This document shows, piece by piece, positions 38,335-47,326 of a stretch of DNA of 64,000 nt; within the stretch, counting starts at the first letter, position 1, and every line of letters begins with the position of its first letter. Position numbers and translations under genes: made by a program. The notes under the pieces were generated by a model. It saw only the letters and a list, made by a program, of their open reading frames with translations, searched no databases and was not told the DNA's origin. Source of the stretch: an uncultured Chloroflexia bacterium (GTDB lineage Bacteria; Chloroflexota; Limnocylindria; Limnocylindrales; CSP1-4); contig CAWIHR010000010.1 in assembly GCA_963835945.1 (NCBI GenBank), positions 5,857 to 69,856 on the forward strand, written 5' to 3'.

Positions 38335-39606
38335 ATGAGAGTCGCGGTGGTCGGAGCAGGGGTCAGCGGCCTGACCGCCGCCTTTTACCTGAACCGGGAG
38401 CATCAGGTCCGCCTGTTCGAGCGCGACTCGGACGTCGGCGGGCACGTCAAGACCGTCCCCGTCGAGACGCCCACCGGGCGCATCCCTGTCGACACCGGGT
38501 TCATCGTGTACAACGAGACGACGTACCCGGTCTTCGTGCATCTCCTCAACGAGCTCGGAGTGGAGACGCAGCCCACCGAGATGTCGCTGAGCTCGACGTG
38601 CCACTCGTGCGATCTCGAGTTCAGCTTCAGGGGTGCCGGCGGCGTCTTCGCCCAACGCTCCGCACTGCTGCGGCCGTCGCACTGGCTGATGCTCGCCGAC
38701 GTCCTGCGCTTCTATCGCGACGCTCGTCGCAGGCTCGAGGGCGGCGCCCCCACGGACGCGACGCTAGGCGAGTATCTCGACGACCGGCGCTTCGGCCGGG
38801 ACTTCCGCCGCCACTTCCTCATCCCCCTGACGGCGGCCGTATGGTCCACCGGCCCGGACAAGATCCTCGACTATCCGGTCGACTACCTGCTGCACTTCCT
38901 CGACAACCACGGCCTGATCGGCTATGGGAAGACCCTGCAGTGGCGCGTGATCCGCGGCGGGTCGATGGTGTACGTCGATCGGATCGTGGCGTCGCTGCCC
39001 TCTGATGCCGTGCGCGCCGGGAGTCCGGTCACCGCCGTCACGCGGGACGCGCAGGGCGTCACCATCCAGACCGAGAACGGGTACACCGAGCGCTTCGACG
39101 CGGTCGTCCTGGCGACCCACGCCGACAACGCGCTGGCGCTGCTCCGGGACGCGGACGAGGCCGAGCGAGCCGCCCTCGGGTCGATTGCCTACTCGCGCAA
39201 CCAGGTCGTGCTGCACACCGACCGGGCCGTGCTGCCGAAGCTCCGGCGGGCCTGGGCCTCGTGGAACGTGGACCAGCCGGACTGCCGGAAGCCGGGCGAG
39301 GCGCTCACCATGACCTACTACATGAACCGCCTGCAGTCGCTCGGCGGTCCCGTTGCGTACTGCGTCTCCCTGAACTCGGGCAACCGGGTGCGGCCCGAGA
39401 AGGTCATTGTCGAGCGCGAGATGAGCCATCCCCGCTACACCTTCCGGACGCTCGCCGGCCAGCACGCGATCGGTGCGCTGCAGGGTCGCCGGAACACCTA
39501 CTATGCCGGGGCGCATCTCGGGTACGGCTTCCACGAGGACGGCTGCCGCTCGGGCTTCGAGGCGGCCGCCCGCATCCGTGCCGACGCGCGAGAGCGGGTT
39601 ACATGA
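38335..39606 (+). CDS. FAD/NAD-binding amine-oxidase-type oxidoreductase (COG2907-like; UfaD-like candidate)
   Basis: [37 protein letters not shown] is the dinucleotide-binding fold. The C-terminus is [14 protein letters not shown]. Its stop overlaps the next start (ATGA). Confidence 0.85.
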   Translation: MRVAVVGAGVSGLTAAFYLNREHQVRLFERDSDVGGHVKTVPVETPTGRIPVDTGFIVYNETTYPVFVHLLNELGVETQPTEMSLSSTCHSCDLEFSFRGAGGVFAQRSALLRPSHWLMLADVLRFYRDARRRLEGGAPTDATLGEYLDDRRFGRDFRRHFLIPLTAAVWSTGPDKILDYPVDYLLHFLDNHGLIGYGKTLQWRVIRGGSMVYVDRIVASLPSDAVRAGSPVTAVTRDAQGVTIQTENGYTERFDAVVLATHADNALALLRDADEAERAALGSIAYSRNQVVLHTDRAVLPKLRRAWASWNVDQPDCRKPGEALTMTYYMNRLQSLGGPVAYCVSLNSGNRVRPEKVIVEREMSHPRYTFRTLAGQHAIGALQGRRNTYYAGAHLGYGFHEDGCRSGFEAAARIRADARERVT

Positions 39607-40343
39607 GGTCGCACCTGCTCGAAGGGAAGGTGCGACATCGGCGCGCCAGGCCCTTCGTCTACGAGCTCGAGCACGCCGTCTACTACTTCGCCCTCGATCT
39701 CGACGAGCTTGACGTCGTGCCCAGCGCGCTCCATCTTGTCAGCCGCAACCGGGCCAACGTGGTCACGTTCCGAGACGGCGACCACCTCGATCCGCCGGCC
39801 ACGGACGTCCGCGCCGCCGTCATGGGCCACCTGCGCGACGAGGGCTTCGATCCCCAGGGCTGGCACATCACCCTCGTCACGAACCTGCGTGTCTTCGGCT
39901 ACGTCTTCAATCCGGCGAGCTTCTACCTGTGCCGTGACGGCACGGGGACACTCCAGGTGGTCCTGATCGACGTGCACAACACGTTCGGCGAGCGGCACCT
40001 CTACGCGCTGCGCCGGCCGGAGGACCGGTCTGACTTCGTCGCCTCCACGGACAAGGCGTTCTACGTCTCGCCGTTCATTGACATGGAGGGCCGCTACACG
40101 GTCCGCGTCCGGGACGAACCCGCGCGCCTCCGCATCACCATCAACGAGGAGCAGGACGACGCGCTCCTCCTCCACGCGAGCCTCGACGTCAGGCGCCGGC
40201 CACTGACCGATCGCTCGGTCGCGCGCATGCTCGTTCGTCACCCCTTCATGACCCAGCGAACGATCGGCTTTATCCACTGGCATGCCCTACGCCTGTGGCT
40301 CCGGGGTGCGAAGTTTCACCGCCATGGAGCCCCGGCGCGATGA
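39603..40343 (+). CDS. DUF1365-family protein (UfaO-like candidate)
   Basis: [36 protein letters not shown]...[17 protein letters not shown]...VHNTFGERH matches the DUF1365 signature as I remember it. ATGA overlaps occur at both ends. Confidence 0.8.
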   Translation: MRSHLLEGKVRHRRARPFVYELEHAVYYFALDLDELDVVPSALHLVSRNRANVVTFRDGDHLDPPATDVRAAVMGHLRDEGFDPQGWHITLVTNLRVFGYVFNPASFYLCRDGTGTLQVVLIDVHNTFGERHLYALRRPEDRSDFVASTDKAFYVSPFIDMEGRYTVRVRDEPARLRITINEEQDDALLLHASLDVRRRPLTDRSVARMLVRHPFMTQRTIGFIHWHALRLWLRGAKFHRHGAPAR

Positions 40344-41581
40344 CCTCCCGGACCCTCTCCCCTCGCCTGCCCGCGCTGACCGACTCACTCCTCGCTGCGA
40401 CAGCCTGGCGCGTCGGCGTCGCCGCTGCCCGGCGCGTGCAGGTCGGATCGCTGACGATCATCCTGCCCGACGGCACACGCCACATGTTCGGCGACAGGGC
40501 GTCGGAGCTCCGGGGCGAGATCCACGTCCACGACCGCCAGGCGCTCGTGCGGATGCTGCTCGGCGGCGAGACCGGTGGTGGCGAAGCCTACATGGACGGG
40601 CTCTGGTCAAGCCCAGACCTGGCCGGGCTCCTGCGCTGGGCGGCCCTGAACCGTGAGGCGCTGGCCCTCTCGGCCGGCTGGTGGCGCGCTCCCGCCCAGC
40701 TCAGCCGCACGCTCGGCCATCGGCGCCGGCGCAACACGCGCACGGGGAGCCGGCGCAACATTGCCGCCCACTACGACCTGGGGAACGACTTCTACCGGCT
40801 CTTCCTGGACGAGACGATGACCTACTCGTGCGCCGTGTTCGCGACGCCCGACCAGTCGCTGGCGGACGCCCAGCGCAACAAGTACCGCAGCATGGCCGAG
40901 GGGGCCGGGCTCACACGGGGCCAGCACGTCCTCGAGATCGGCTCGGGCTGGGGCGGCTTCGCCCTGTATGCGGCCGGCGAGCTCGGCTGCCGCGTGACGT
41001 CCATCACGATCTCGAAGGAACAGTACGCCCTGGCCCGTGAGCGGGTCACGGCCGCCGGCCTCGACGACCTCGTGGACATCCAGCTGCGCGATTACCGGGA
41101 GATTCGCGGGACGTACGACGCGATCGTCTCGATCGAGATGCTGGAGGCGGTCGGAGCGGAGTACTACGCGACGTTCTTCGAGGTCTGCGACGCGGCGCTC
41201 ATTCCCGGCGGACGGATGAGCCTGCAGTCGATCACGTTCCCTGATGCTGCCTACGAGGCGCAACGTCGGGGCGCCAACTGGGTCCAGACCTACATCTTCC
41301 CGGGAGGGCTCTGCCCGTCGCTCGCCGTCATCGAGCGGGCGACCCGAGACACGCGGCTCCTCATCCGCAGCGTGGACGACATTGCCGCGAACTACGTGCG
41401 GACGCTGCGGGAGTGGCGCACGCAGTTCATGAGCCGGCTGGACGAGGTCCGAGCCATGGGCTTCGACGATCGGTTCGTGCGCATGTGGGAGTTCTACCTG
41501 GCCCTGAGCGAAGCCGGCTTCGCGACGGGGATTAGCCAGGACCTGCAGATCGTGCTCGAGAAACGGCGCGGCATCGGCTAA
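40340..41581 (+). CDS. Cyclopropane-fatty-acyl-phospholipid-synthase-like SAM-dependent methyltransferase
   Basis: NIAAHYDLGNDFYRLFLDETMTYSCAVF...AQRNKY...HVLEIGSGWGGFALYAA...IVSIEMLEAVG...IFPGG is the full CFA-synthase/mycolic-acid-methyltransferase pattern. Confidence 0.9.
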   Translation: MTSRTLSPRLPALTDSLLAATAWRVGVAAARRVQVGSLTIILPDGTRHMFGDRASELRGEIHVHDRQALVRMLLGGETGGGEAYMDGLWSSPDLAGLLRWAALNREALALSAGWWRAPAQLSRTLGHRRRRNTRTGSRRNIAAHYDLGNDFYRLFLDETMTYSCAVFATPDQSLADAQRNKYRSMAEGAGLTRGQHVLEIGSGWGGFALYAAGELGCRVTSITISKEQYALARERVTAAGLDDLVDIQLRDYREIRGTYDAIVSIEMLEAVGAEYYATFFEVCDAALIPGGRMSLQSITFPDAAYEAQRRGANWVQTYIFPGGLCPSLAVIERATRDTRLLIRSVDDIAANYVRTLREWRTQFMSRLDEVRAMGFDDRFVRMWEFYLALSEAGFATGISQDLQIVLEKRRGIG

Positions 41582-41900
41582 AAGCACGACCGTCCGTCGC
41601 TTCCCCATCCTCCTCGGCCGGCTCGCGCGTCGTGCTCCGGCTGTTCGGTGCCCGGCCCGGCAGTGCCGACGTCGATGGCGACCGGCATCCGGGCCCTGCT
41701 CGCGGCCGAGATGGCAGCAGCCGGCGCATCGGCGGCGCAGGTCGCGGCGACCCTGCGCGCCCGTCTGGGGGATATCGACTTCTGCGCGGCGCTCGACACT
41801 CGCCTACCTCCGGAAGGGCGGAGGCGTGCGCAGTCGCCTCGCACCGTCCCCGGAGGGTCCAACACGCAGTCATCGTCCCCCGGACCACGCCCGCAGCCGG

Positions 41901-42383
41901 TTACACCGTCTGGACGGGTGCCTCCGCTGCCGCCTCGGCCTCTAAGGATGGGAGGATCGCGTGCTCCTCCTGCTCGAGGTGGGAGCCAATGAGCGCGTGC
42001 AACCCGTAGAGGTGGGCCCGCAGGTCGACCAGCTGGCGGTGGCTGGGCTCCCGTCGCACGGCCAGCCAGTCCGCCTCGAGGCGCTCCACGGCCTGGCGGA
42101 TCTGCCCGTGCTGGAGTCGCAGGACCCGAGTGGCCAACGGCGTGGCGGCCAGGCGGTCGATCTCGGGGAAGCAGAAGTTGTCCTCCCAGTCGAGATGCGG
42201 GAGGAGGGTCTTCTCGATGGTGTCGAGCAGGCTGCGCAGGGCGTTGGCGAGATCCTGGGCCGCGAGGTTGCCAGCCATCTCGGCGGTGGTCTCGATGCGC
42301 GCCACGACGTGCTCGATCTCGCGGTGCTCGCGGTCCAGGATGCGGCGCTCGATCGCCACCCCATGACCCGCCGCAATGGGCAT
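41901..42383 (-). CDS. Hemerythrin (HHE cation-binding) domain protein
   Basis: Only the last 160 aa of track ORF 41901-43316 are used. Contains ILDREHREIEHVVARIE, LLPHLDWEDNFCFPEID and LIGSHLEQEEHAILP (His/Glu ligand pattern). GGGGAGG lies upstream of ATG 42383. Confidence 0.7.
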   Translation of the reverse strand: MPIAAGHGVAIERRILDREHREIEHVVARIETTAEMAGNLAAQDLANALRSLLDTIEKTLLPHLDWEDNFCFPEIDRLAATPLATRVLRLQHGQIRQAVERLEADWLAVRREPSHRQLVDLRAHLYGLHALIGSHLEQEEHAILPSLEAEAAAEAPVQTV

Positions 42384-42680
42384 GCTCGCCTCCCCGGGAC
42401 GCTGCCGCTCGTTCGGGTGTGAGTCTCCCCGGCCACAGGTCCCCCGTGCCAGTGCCCTCCGGCATCCTTTCGACCTTCCGATGGACGGGCCGCAGAACTG
42501 GCCGGACCCAACTTCAAACACGAGGGCACGCGGCCGGTCTGACGGCGACCACGCAATGGTCCCCAGCCAGCCATCAGGCATGGAGTCGGGTGCGACCGTC
42601 GAGTGTCCGCGGATCCGTGCAGGGCTTGGGAGGCCCGACCCCGCGCAGGAGGCACCGAGCGCGAGGTGTGAGCCGCGTCT

Positions 42681-42720
42681 GACAGGCACAGTACACACGT
42701 GACAGGCACAGTACACACGG
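42681..42720. repeat. Tandem 20-bp direct repeat (2 copies) in a divergent intergenic region
   Basis: GACAGGCACAGTACACACGT GACAGGCACAGTACACACGG, with 19 of 20 positions identical. It lies between the hemerythrin start (42383, minus) and the PPOX start (42936, plus). Confidence 0.9.
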
Positions 42721-42935
42721 GCGACCGGCGAGGCGGCGATCGAGTCACTTGGCAGATGCCCTTCACTAAGGAGCATGCCCGCGGAGGCGGTGCGAGTCCC
42801 CGTCGACCACGCGCCCCACCGGGTCCAGCACGCTTGACTGCGGCTATTGTTCTTGCGCGGGCACCGCTGGTCGGCTAGCGTGGCTAGACCGACCATCTGG
42901 CCCGGCTCCACCCTTGCGACAGCCTCAGGAGCACC

Positions 42936-43352
42936 ATGAGCGTCTTCAGCGACCTCGAACTCGAGTACCTCGCTGGCCAGCGCCTGGGACGTCTGGCCAC
43001 CGTCGGGTCTGACGGCGCACCTCACGTCGTGCCGGTCTCCTTCGCCTACAACGGCGAGACCGACACGATCGACATCGGCGGCCATGCACCGGCAGTCACG
43101 AAGAAGTGGCGCGACATCGGCCGAGAGCCGCGGGTCGCCTTCGTCGTCGACGACGTGCTGCCGCCATGGCGGCCGCGCATGGTCGAGATCCGGGGACGGG
43201 CCAGCCTGCTCTTGGCGGGCGGGGTGTGGCTCGGCCCGGGGTTCGCTGACGAGTTCATCCGTATCACTCCGATCCGCATCGTGAGCTTCGGTCTCGACGG
43301 CACCCGCACGTCCCACGCGCGGAACGTGGGTTCCGCCGCGGATGACGCGTGA
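42936..43352 (+). CDS. PPOX-class (pyridoxamine 5'-phosphate oxidase-like) probable F420-dependent oxidoreductase
   Basis: LEYLAGQRLGRLATVGSDGAPHVVPVSFAYNGETDTIDIGGH...RVAFVVDD. AGGAG lies 5 nt upstream. Confidence 0.8.
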   Translation: MSVFSDLELEYLAGQRLGRLATVGSDGAPHVVPVSFAYNGETDTIDIGGHAPAVTKKWRDIGREPRVAFVVDDVLPPWRPRMVEIRGRASLLLAGGVWLGPGFADEFIRITPIRIVSFGLDGTRTSHARNVGSAADDA

Positions 43353-43810
43353 CGCTCGAGATACCGCCGGCGGGGACGCGCGGGGCTCGGATGCCCGGTG
43401 GGCCGCTCGTCCGAACCTTCGGGGGAGTGTATGCCGCGCTCTACCGTCTCCTAGGTGGCCGCCTCGTCGGCACGCGGATGCTCCTGCTCAGTACGGTGGG
43501 CGCCCGTTCGGGTCGGCCGCGCACGGCCCCGGTCGCGAGCTTCCCCGACGGCGCGGGCCGTTGGCTCGTGGCCGGCTCGGCCGGCGGCGCGGCCCGTCAT
43601 CCGGCCTGGTTCATCAACCTGGCCCACCACCCCGACCAGGTCTGGGTCGAGGTCGGCCCCCAAAGATTTCTGGTCACGCCCGAGCTCCTGCGCGGGGAGG
43701 AGCGCGCGGTCGCCTGGCGCCAGATCACCGCCCGCTCGCCTGGTTTCGCAGGCTACGCGCGCAGGACCGATCGCGAGATCCCGGTCGTGCGGCTCACCCG
43801 CGCGGAGTAG
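43349..43810 (+). CDS. Deazaflavin(F420H2)-dependent nitroreductase family (Ddn-like) protein
   Basis: MLLLSTVGARSGRPRTAPVASFPDGAGRWLVAGSAGGAARHPAWFINLAHHPDQVWVEVG is the family signature. The GTGA overlap with the PPOX gene suggests coupling. The start could instead be the Met at 43391. Confidence 0.8.
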   Translation: MTLEIPPAGTRGARMPGGPLVRTFGGVYAALYRLLGGRLVGTRMLLLSTVGARSGRPRTAPVASFPDGAGRWLVAGSAGGAARHPAWFINLAHHPDQVWVEVGPQRFLVTPELLRGEERAVAWRQITARSPGFAGYARRTDREIPVVRLTRAE

Positions 43811-43882
43811 CCCAGGGCGTCCGGCCCCACCAAGAGCGGACCATCGTGATGGGGCGGCGGCCGGCGACCGCACGGGGGTAGC

Positions 43883-45952
43883 ATGTCGGCCACGATGCTC
43901 CGGGCCACACGTCGCCAGTCCTTGCTTCTCGGGTTCGTCTGGGCGGTGCTGCTGCTGTTAGCGGCCGCCCCGGCGGCGGCGCAATCGGTGCCAAAGCTGC
44001 AGGGTCAGATCACCGACGAGACCGGGTCCCTAGGGAGCGGCACGGCGCAGGTCCAGTCGGCGCTCGGCAGCCTGGCGTCCCAGCACAACGTCCAGCTCGA
44101 CGTCGTGTTCGTCGCGACCAGCGGCAGCGAGGCAGCGCCGCAGCTCGCCCAGGACACGTACACGCAGAACAGCCTGGGCGGCAACGCCATGGTGCTGCTG
44201 GTAGCTGTCAACGACCGCCAGTACGGCTACTACCAAGACGGCGCCCTTGGCTCGCTCACAGCCGGGGACGTCGACTCGCTCCTCAGCAGTCAGCTCGCGC
44301 CGCGCTTCGCAGCCGGCGACTATGCCGCCGGCGTCGTCGCCTTCGCGAACGGGCTTGGGCAGGCACTCGCCGGCGGGGGCCAGGGTGGGACCGTCCCGGT
44401 TGCCACGCCCGTGTCGGGCCAGGCGCCGGGCCCCGCCCCGGCGAGCTCGAACAACGGCGTCCTGGCGCTGCTGGTCGGGCTGATTGTCGTGTTGCTCGGC
44501 GCCGCGGTGATCGTCACGTGGTTCCGGCGCTGGCGGGTCGCACACCTGGCGACCGAGGAGCGTGATCGACACACCGGGCAGCTCGCGCGCCAGGCAAACC
44601 AGCTGCTAATCCAGGCGGACGACGCGGTGCGCGACGCGGGCCAGGACCTCGGGTTCGCCGAGGCAGAGTTCAGCGCCGAGGAAGTGGAGCCGTTTCGCAC
44701 GGCCCTGTCACAGGCACAGACAGAACTGAAGGCCGCGTTCGTGGTGCGCCAGAAACTCGACGACGCGACCCCGGAGGACCCGCCCACGCGCGAGGCGATG
44801 CTCACTGACATCGTCACGCGTGCGCAGCGGGTGAGCAGCCTGATCGGCGAGCAGCAGCAACGGTTCCAGGAGCTACGCGATTTGGAGCGACGCGCGCCCG
44901 AGATTCTGGCTGGCTTGCCGGCCCAGGCCGCGGCACTCCAGGCCAGACTGCCAGCTGCCGAGACCACGATGCAGGGTCTGCAGGCCTACGCGGGGTCGAG
45001 CTGGGCTCCGGTGAAAGGGAACCTCGAAGAAACGCGGAAGCAAATCGACTTCGCCACTGCTGCCGCGGCGCACGGCTCAGCGGCGCTCACGGCCACGCCC
45101 CCGGATCCGCACACAGCCCGCGATGCTGCAGCCGCCGGGCAGGCCGCCCTGGCCGGAGGCGCCACGCTGCTTGACGCGATCGACCACCTGTCAGCTTCCA
45201 TCAGCGATGCCCGTGCGCACGTCGATCCGGAGATCAGCGCGGCCGAGACCGACATTGCAGCAGCACGCCAGGCGCTGCAGCACCGCGCTGGCGACCCCTC
45301 TCTCGAGTCCCGGCTCGCGGACGCCGACGCCCAGCTGGCCGCGGCGAAGGCAGCCATCGCCGCATCGGCGCCAGACCCCCTCGCTGCCCTGAAGAGTGCA
45401 CAGGCCGCCCATGCCGGGGCCGACCAGGTGCTCGCCAGTGAGCGTGCGGCCGAGGACCAGCTGGCGCGCCAGAAGACGGCGCTGCAGACGGCGCTCGTCT
45501 CCGCACAGGCGAGCGTGACCCACGCCAACGACTACATCGAGAGCCGGCGCAACGGTGTGGGACGGGAGGCCCGCACGCGTCTGGCCGAGGCGCAGCGTCA
45601 CCTCGAGCAGGCCCAGGCGGCGGCGGATGCCGGGTCGGCGCTGCCGGAGGCGCAGCAGGCGCAGCAATTGGCCGACGAAGCGTACCGGATCGCCAGCTCA
45701 GAGTTCGATGATTGGGACGGTCGCGGGGGACCGGGTGGCCAGCGCGGCATGAACCCGACCGGCGCGCTCATGGGCGGGCTCATCCTAGGTGGCCTGCTCG
45801 GCGGCGGCCTTCGGGGAGGCGGTTGGGGGGGCTCGCCCTGGGGCGGTCGGGGCGGCCTCGGCGGCTTGGGTGGCGGGGGAGGGTTCGGCGGCTTCGGCGG
45901 GGGCGGGGGCTTCGGCGGTGGCCGAGGCTTCGGTGGCGGTGGGAGATGGTGA
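43883..45952 (+). CDS. TPM-domain membrane protein with long coiled-coil region and Gly-rich tail
   Basis: Signal/TM helix, then a TPM-like domain (ITDETGSLGSGTAQVQSALGSLASQHNVQLDVVFV...AMVLLVAVNDRQYGYYQDG). A TM helix (VLALLVGLIVVLLGAAVIV) follows, then about 400 aa of Ala/Gln/Glu-rich helix and a GGFGG-type tail. Confidence 0.75.
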   Translation: MSATMLRATRRQSLLLGFVWAVLLLLAAAPAAAQSVPKLQGQITDETGSLGSGTAQVQSALGSLASQHNVQLDVVFVATSGSEAAPQLAQDTYTQNSLGGNAMVLLVAVNDRQYGYYQDGALGSLTAGDVDSLLSSQLAPRFAAGDYAAGVVAFANGLGQALAGGGQGGTVPVATPVSGQAPGPAPASSNNGVLALLVGLIVVLLGAAVIVTWFRRWRVAHLATEERDRHTGQLARQANQLLIQADDAVRDAGQDLGFAEAEFSAEEVEPFRTALSQAQTELKAAFVVRQKLDDATPEDPPTREAMLTDIVTRAQRVSSLIGEQQQRFQELRDLERRAPEILAGLPAQAAALQARLPAAETTMQGLQAYAGSSWAPVKGNLEETRKQIDFATAAAAHGSAALTATPPDPHTARDAAAAGQAALAGGATLLDAIDHLSASISDARAHVDPEISAAETDIAAARQALQHRAGDPSLESRLADADAQLAAAKAAIAASAPDPLAALKSAQAAHAGADQVLASERAAEDQLARQKTALQTALVSAQASVTHANDYIESRRNGVGREARTRLAEAQRHLEQAQAAADAGSALPEAQQAQQLADEAYRIASSEFDDWDGRGGPGGQRGMNPTGALMGGLILGGLLGGGLRGGGWGGSPWGGRGGLGGLGGGGGFGGFGGGGGFGGGRGFGGGGRW

Positions 45953-46020
45953 GCTGGGTTGTGCTGACGCGCCGTCGCGCTGAGATGCGTTCACGCGGAC
46001 GATAGGAAGGAGAACCACGC

Positions 46021-46731
46021 ATGGCACAGACATCGATCCTTGGCCGCATCGGCCAGCTCGTCCGGGCGAACGTGAACGGGCTCATCGACAGCGCCGAGGA
46101 CCCGGAGAAGATGCTCGACCAGCTAATCCGGGACTTCACGAACAACATGGCCGAGGCCGAGGATGCGGTCGCCCAGACCGTCGGGAACCTGCGCCTCATG
46201 GAGGACGACGCGACTGAGGCCAAGGCCGCAGTTACGGAGTGGGGCAGCAAGGCAGCTGCGGCGTCGCACAAGGCCGACGAGCTCCGGGCGGCCGGCAACG
46301 CGGCCGAGGCGGATCGGTTCGACAAGCTCGCCAAGGTCGCGCTGCGACGCCAGCTCGGATTCGAGGACCAGGTCAAGACGTTCGAGACGCAGATCGCCCA
46401 GCAGACTGAGCTCGTCGACAAGCTCAAGGATGGCCTCACGAAGCTTCGTGCGAAGCGCGAGGAGCTCGTGCAGAAGCGCGACGAGCTGGTCGGGCGGGCG
46501 AAGATGGCCCAGGCGCAGGTGCAGGTCCAGCAGACGCTGCGCGACGCCTCGGTCATGGACCCCACGAGCGAGCTCAACCGGTTCGAGGAGCGGATCAGGC
46601 GCCAGGAGGCCATGGCCCGCGGGCAAGCCGAAGTGGCCGCTTCATCAGTGGAGGAGCAGTTCGCCTCGCTCGACAGCGACTCGGACGAACTGGAAGTTGA
46701 CGCGAGGCTGAAGGCGCTCAAGGGCAGCTGA
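46021..46731 (+). CDS. pspA: PspA/IM30 (phage shock protein A / Vipp1) family protein
   Basis: MAQTSILGRIGQLVRANVNGLIDSAEDPEKMLDQLIRDFTNNMAEAEDAVAQ is the canonical PspA N-terminus. The protein is coiled coil throughout. GGAAGGAG lies upstream. Confidence 0.9.
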   Translation: MAQTSILGRIGQLVRANVNGLIDSAEDPEKMLDQLIRDFTNNMAEAEDAVAQTVGNLRLMEDDATEAKAAVTEWGSKAAAASHKADELRAAGNAAEADRFDKLAKVALRRQLGFEDQVKTFETQIAQQTELVDKLKDGLTKLRAKREELVQKRDELVGRAKMAQAQVQVQQTLRDASVMDPTSELNRFEERIRRQEAMARGQAEVAASSVEEQFASLDSDSDELEVDARLKALKGS

Positions 46732-46951
46732 GAGCTGCGTCTTACTGGTTGCTGACACTCCCAGCGTAGAGAGGGCTCTCGCACCGTTCTCAGCCCAGGT
46801 CGCGCCTCACCCGCATCCAGGGTCCGGTGTCACGGACGTATCTGGACGAGGGCACGCCAACGGCCGAAGTCACGTTCGTTCGAGTCCGCCCGCGAGTCAA
46901 CCACGGTGGGCACTCCGACTCGACCGCACCGCGAGGGACTATCCTCCGCTC

Positions 46952-47326
46952 GTGAGCATCACGAAGGTCCAGCTGTTCTCCGTCCCCGTCACCGACCAAG
47001 ATCGGGCCCGCGACTTCTACGTCAGCGTCCTGGGCATGGAGCTCGTGCGCGAGATGCAGATGAGTCCCAGGATGCGGTGGGTCCAGGTCCGTCCGGTCGG
47101 GGCGGCGACGTCGATCACCCTCGTCACGTGGTTCGAGTCGATGCCCCCGGGGTCGCTCACGGGGCTCGTCCTCGAGACTGACGACCTCGACGGCGATGCA
47201 GCCCGCCTGCGCGAGCGAGGGGTGGTCATGGACGACGCCATCGCGTCCGCGCCGTGGGGCCGGTCGATTGGGTTCGCCGATACCGACGGCAACCGACTCA
47301 TCCTCCAGTCGACGACCGCCCGCTGA
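46952..47326 (+). CDS. VOC/glyoxalase-family protein
   Basis: 124 aa. VQLFSVPVTDQDRARDFYVSVLGMELV...GFADTDGNRLIL. Confidence 0.8.
   Translation: MSITKVQLFSVPVTDQDRARDFYVSVLGMELVREMQMSPRMRWVQVRPVGAATSITLVTWFESMPPGSLTGLVLETDDLDGDAARLRERGVVMDDAIASAPWGRSIGFADTDGNRLILQSTTAR

Noticed and set aside
38335-39606. The FAD oxidoreductase as a phytoene desaturase (CrtI) supplying retinal for the heliorhodopsin
   Set aside because: It is coupled by ATGA overlaps to DUF1365 and a CFA-synthase-like gene, the COG2907-type lipid cluster. No crtB, crtE, crtY or blh is present, so a carotenoid role is unsupported.
42681-42720. Possible CRISPR array
   Set aside because: There are only two directly abutting 20-bp units with no spacers, and no cas genes occur anywhere in the window.
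41901-43316. 471-aa minus-strand ORF
   Set aside because: Only the terminal 160 codons (hemerythrin) are credible. The remainder crosses a 550-bp spacer and runs antisense to the PPOX gene.
45780-46784. 334-aa minus-strand ORF antisense to pspA
   Set aside because: It is an extremely Ser/Arg-rich, low-complexity translation and is antisense to an unmistakable PspA gene.
47130-47139. GGTTCGAGTC, a tRNA T-arm-like string; part of a general search for tRNA and rRNA
   Set aside because: It lies inside the VOC coding sequence with no acceptor or anticodon stems around it. I found no other T-loop-like context and no rRNA-like conserved blocks.
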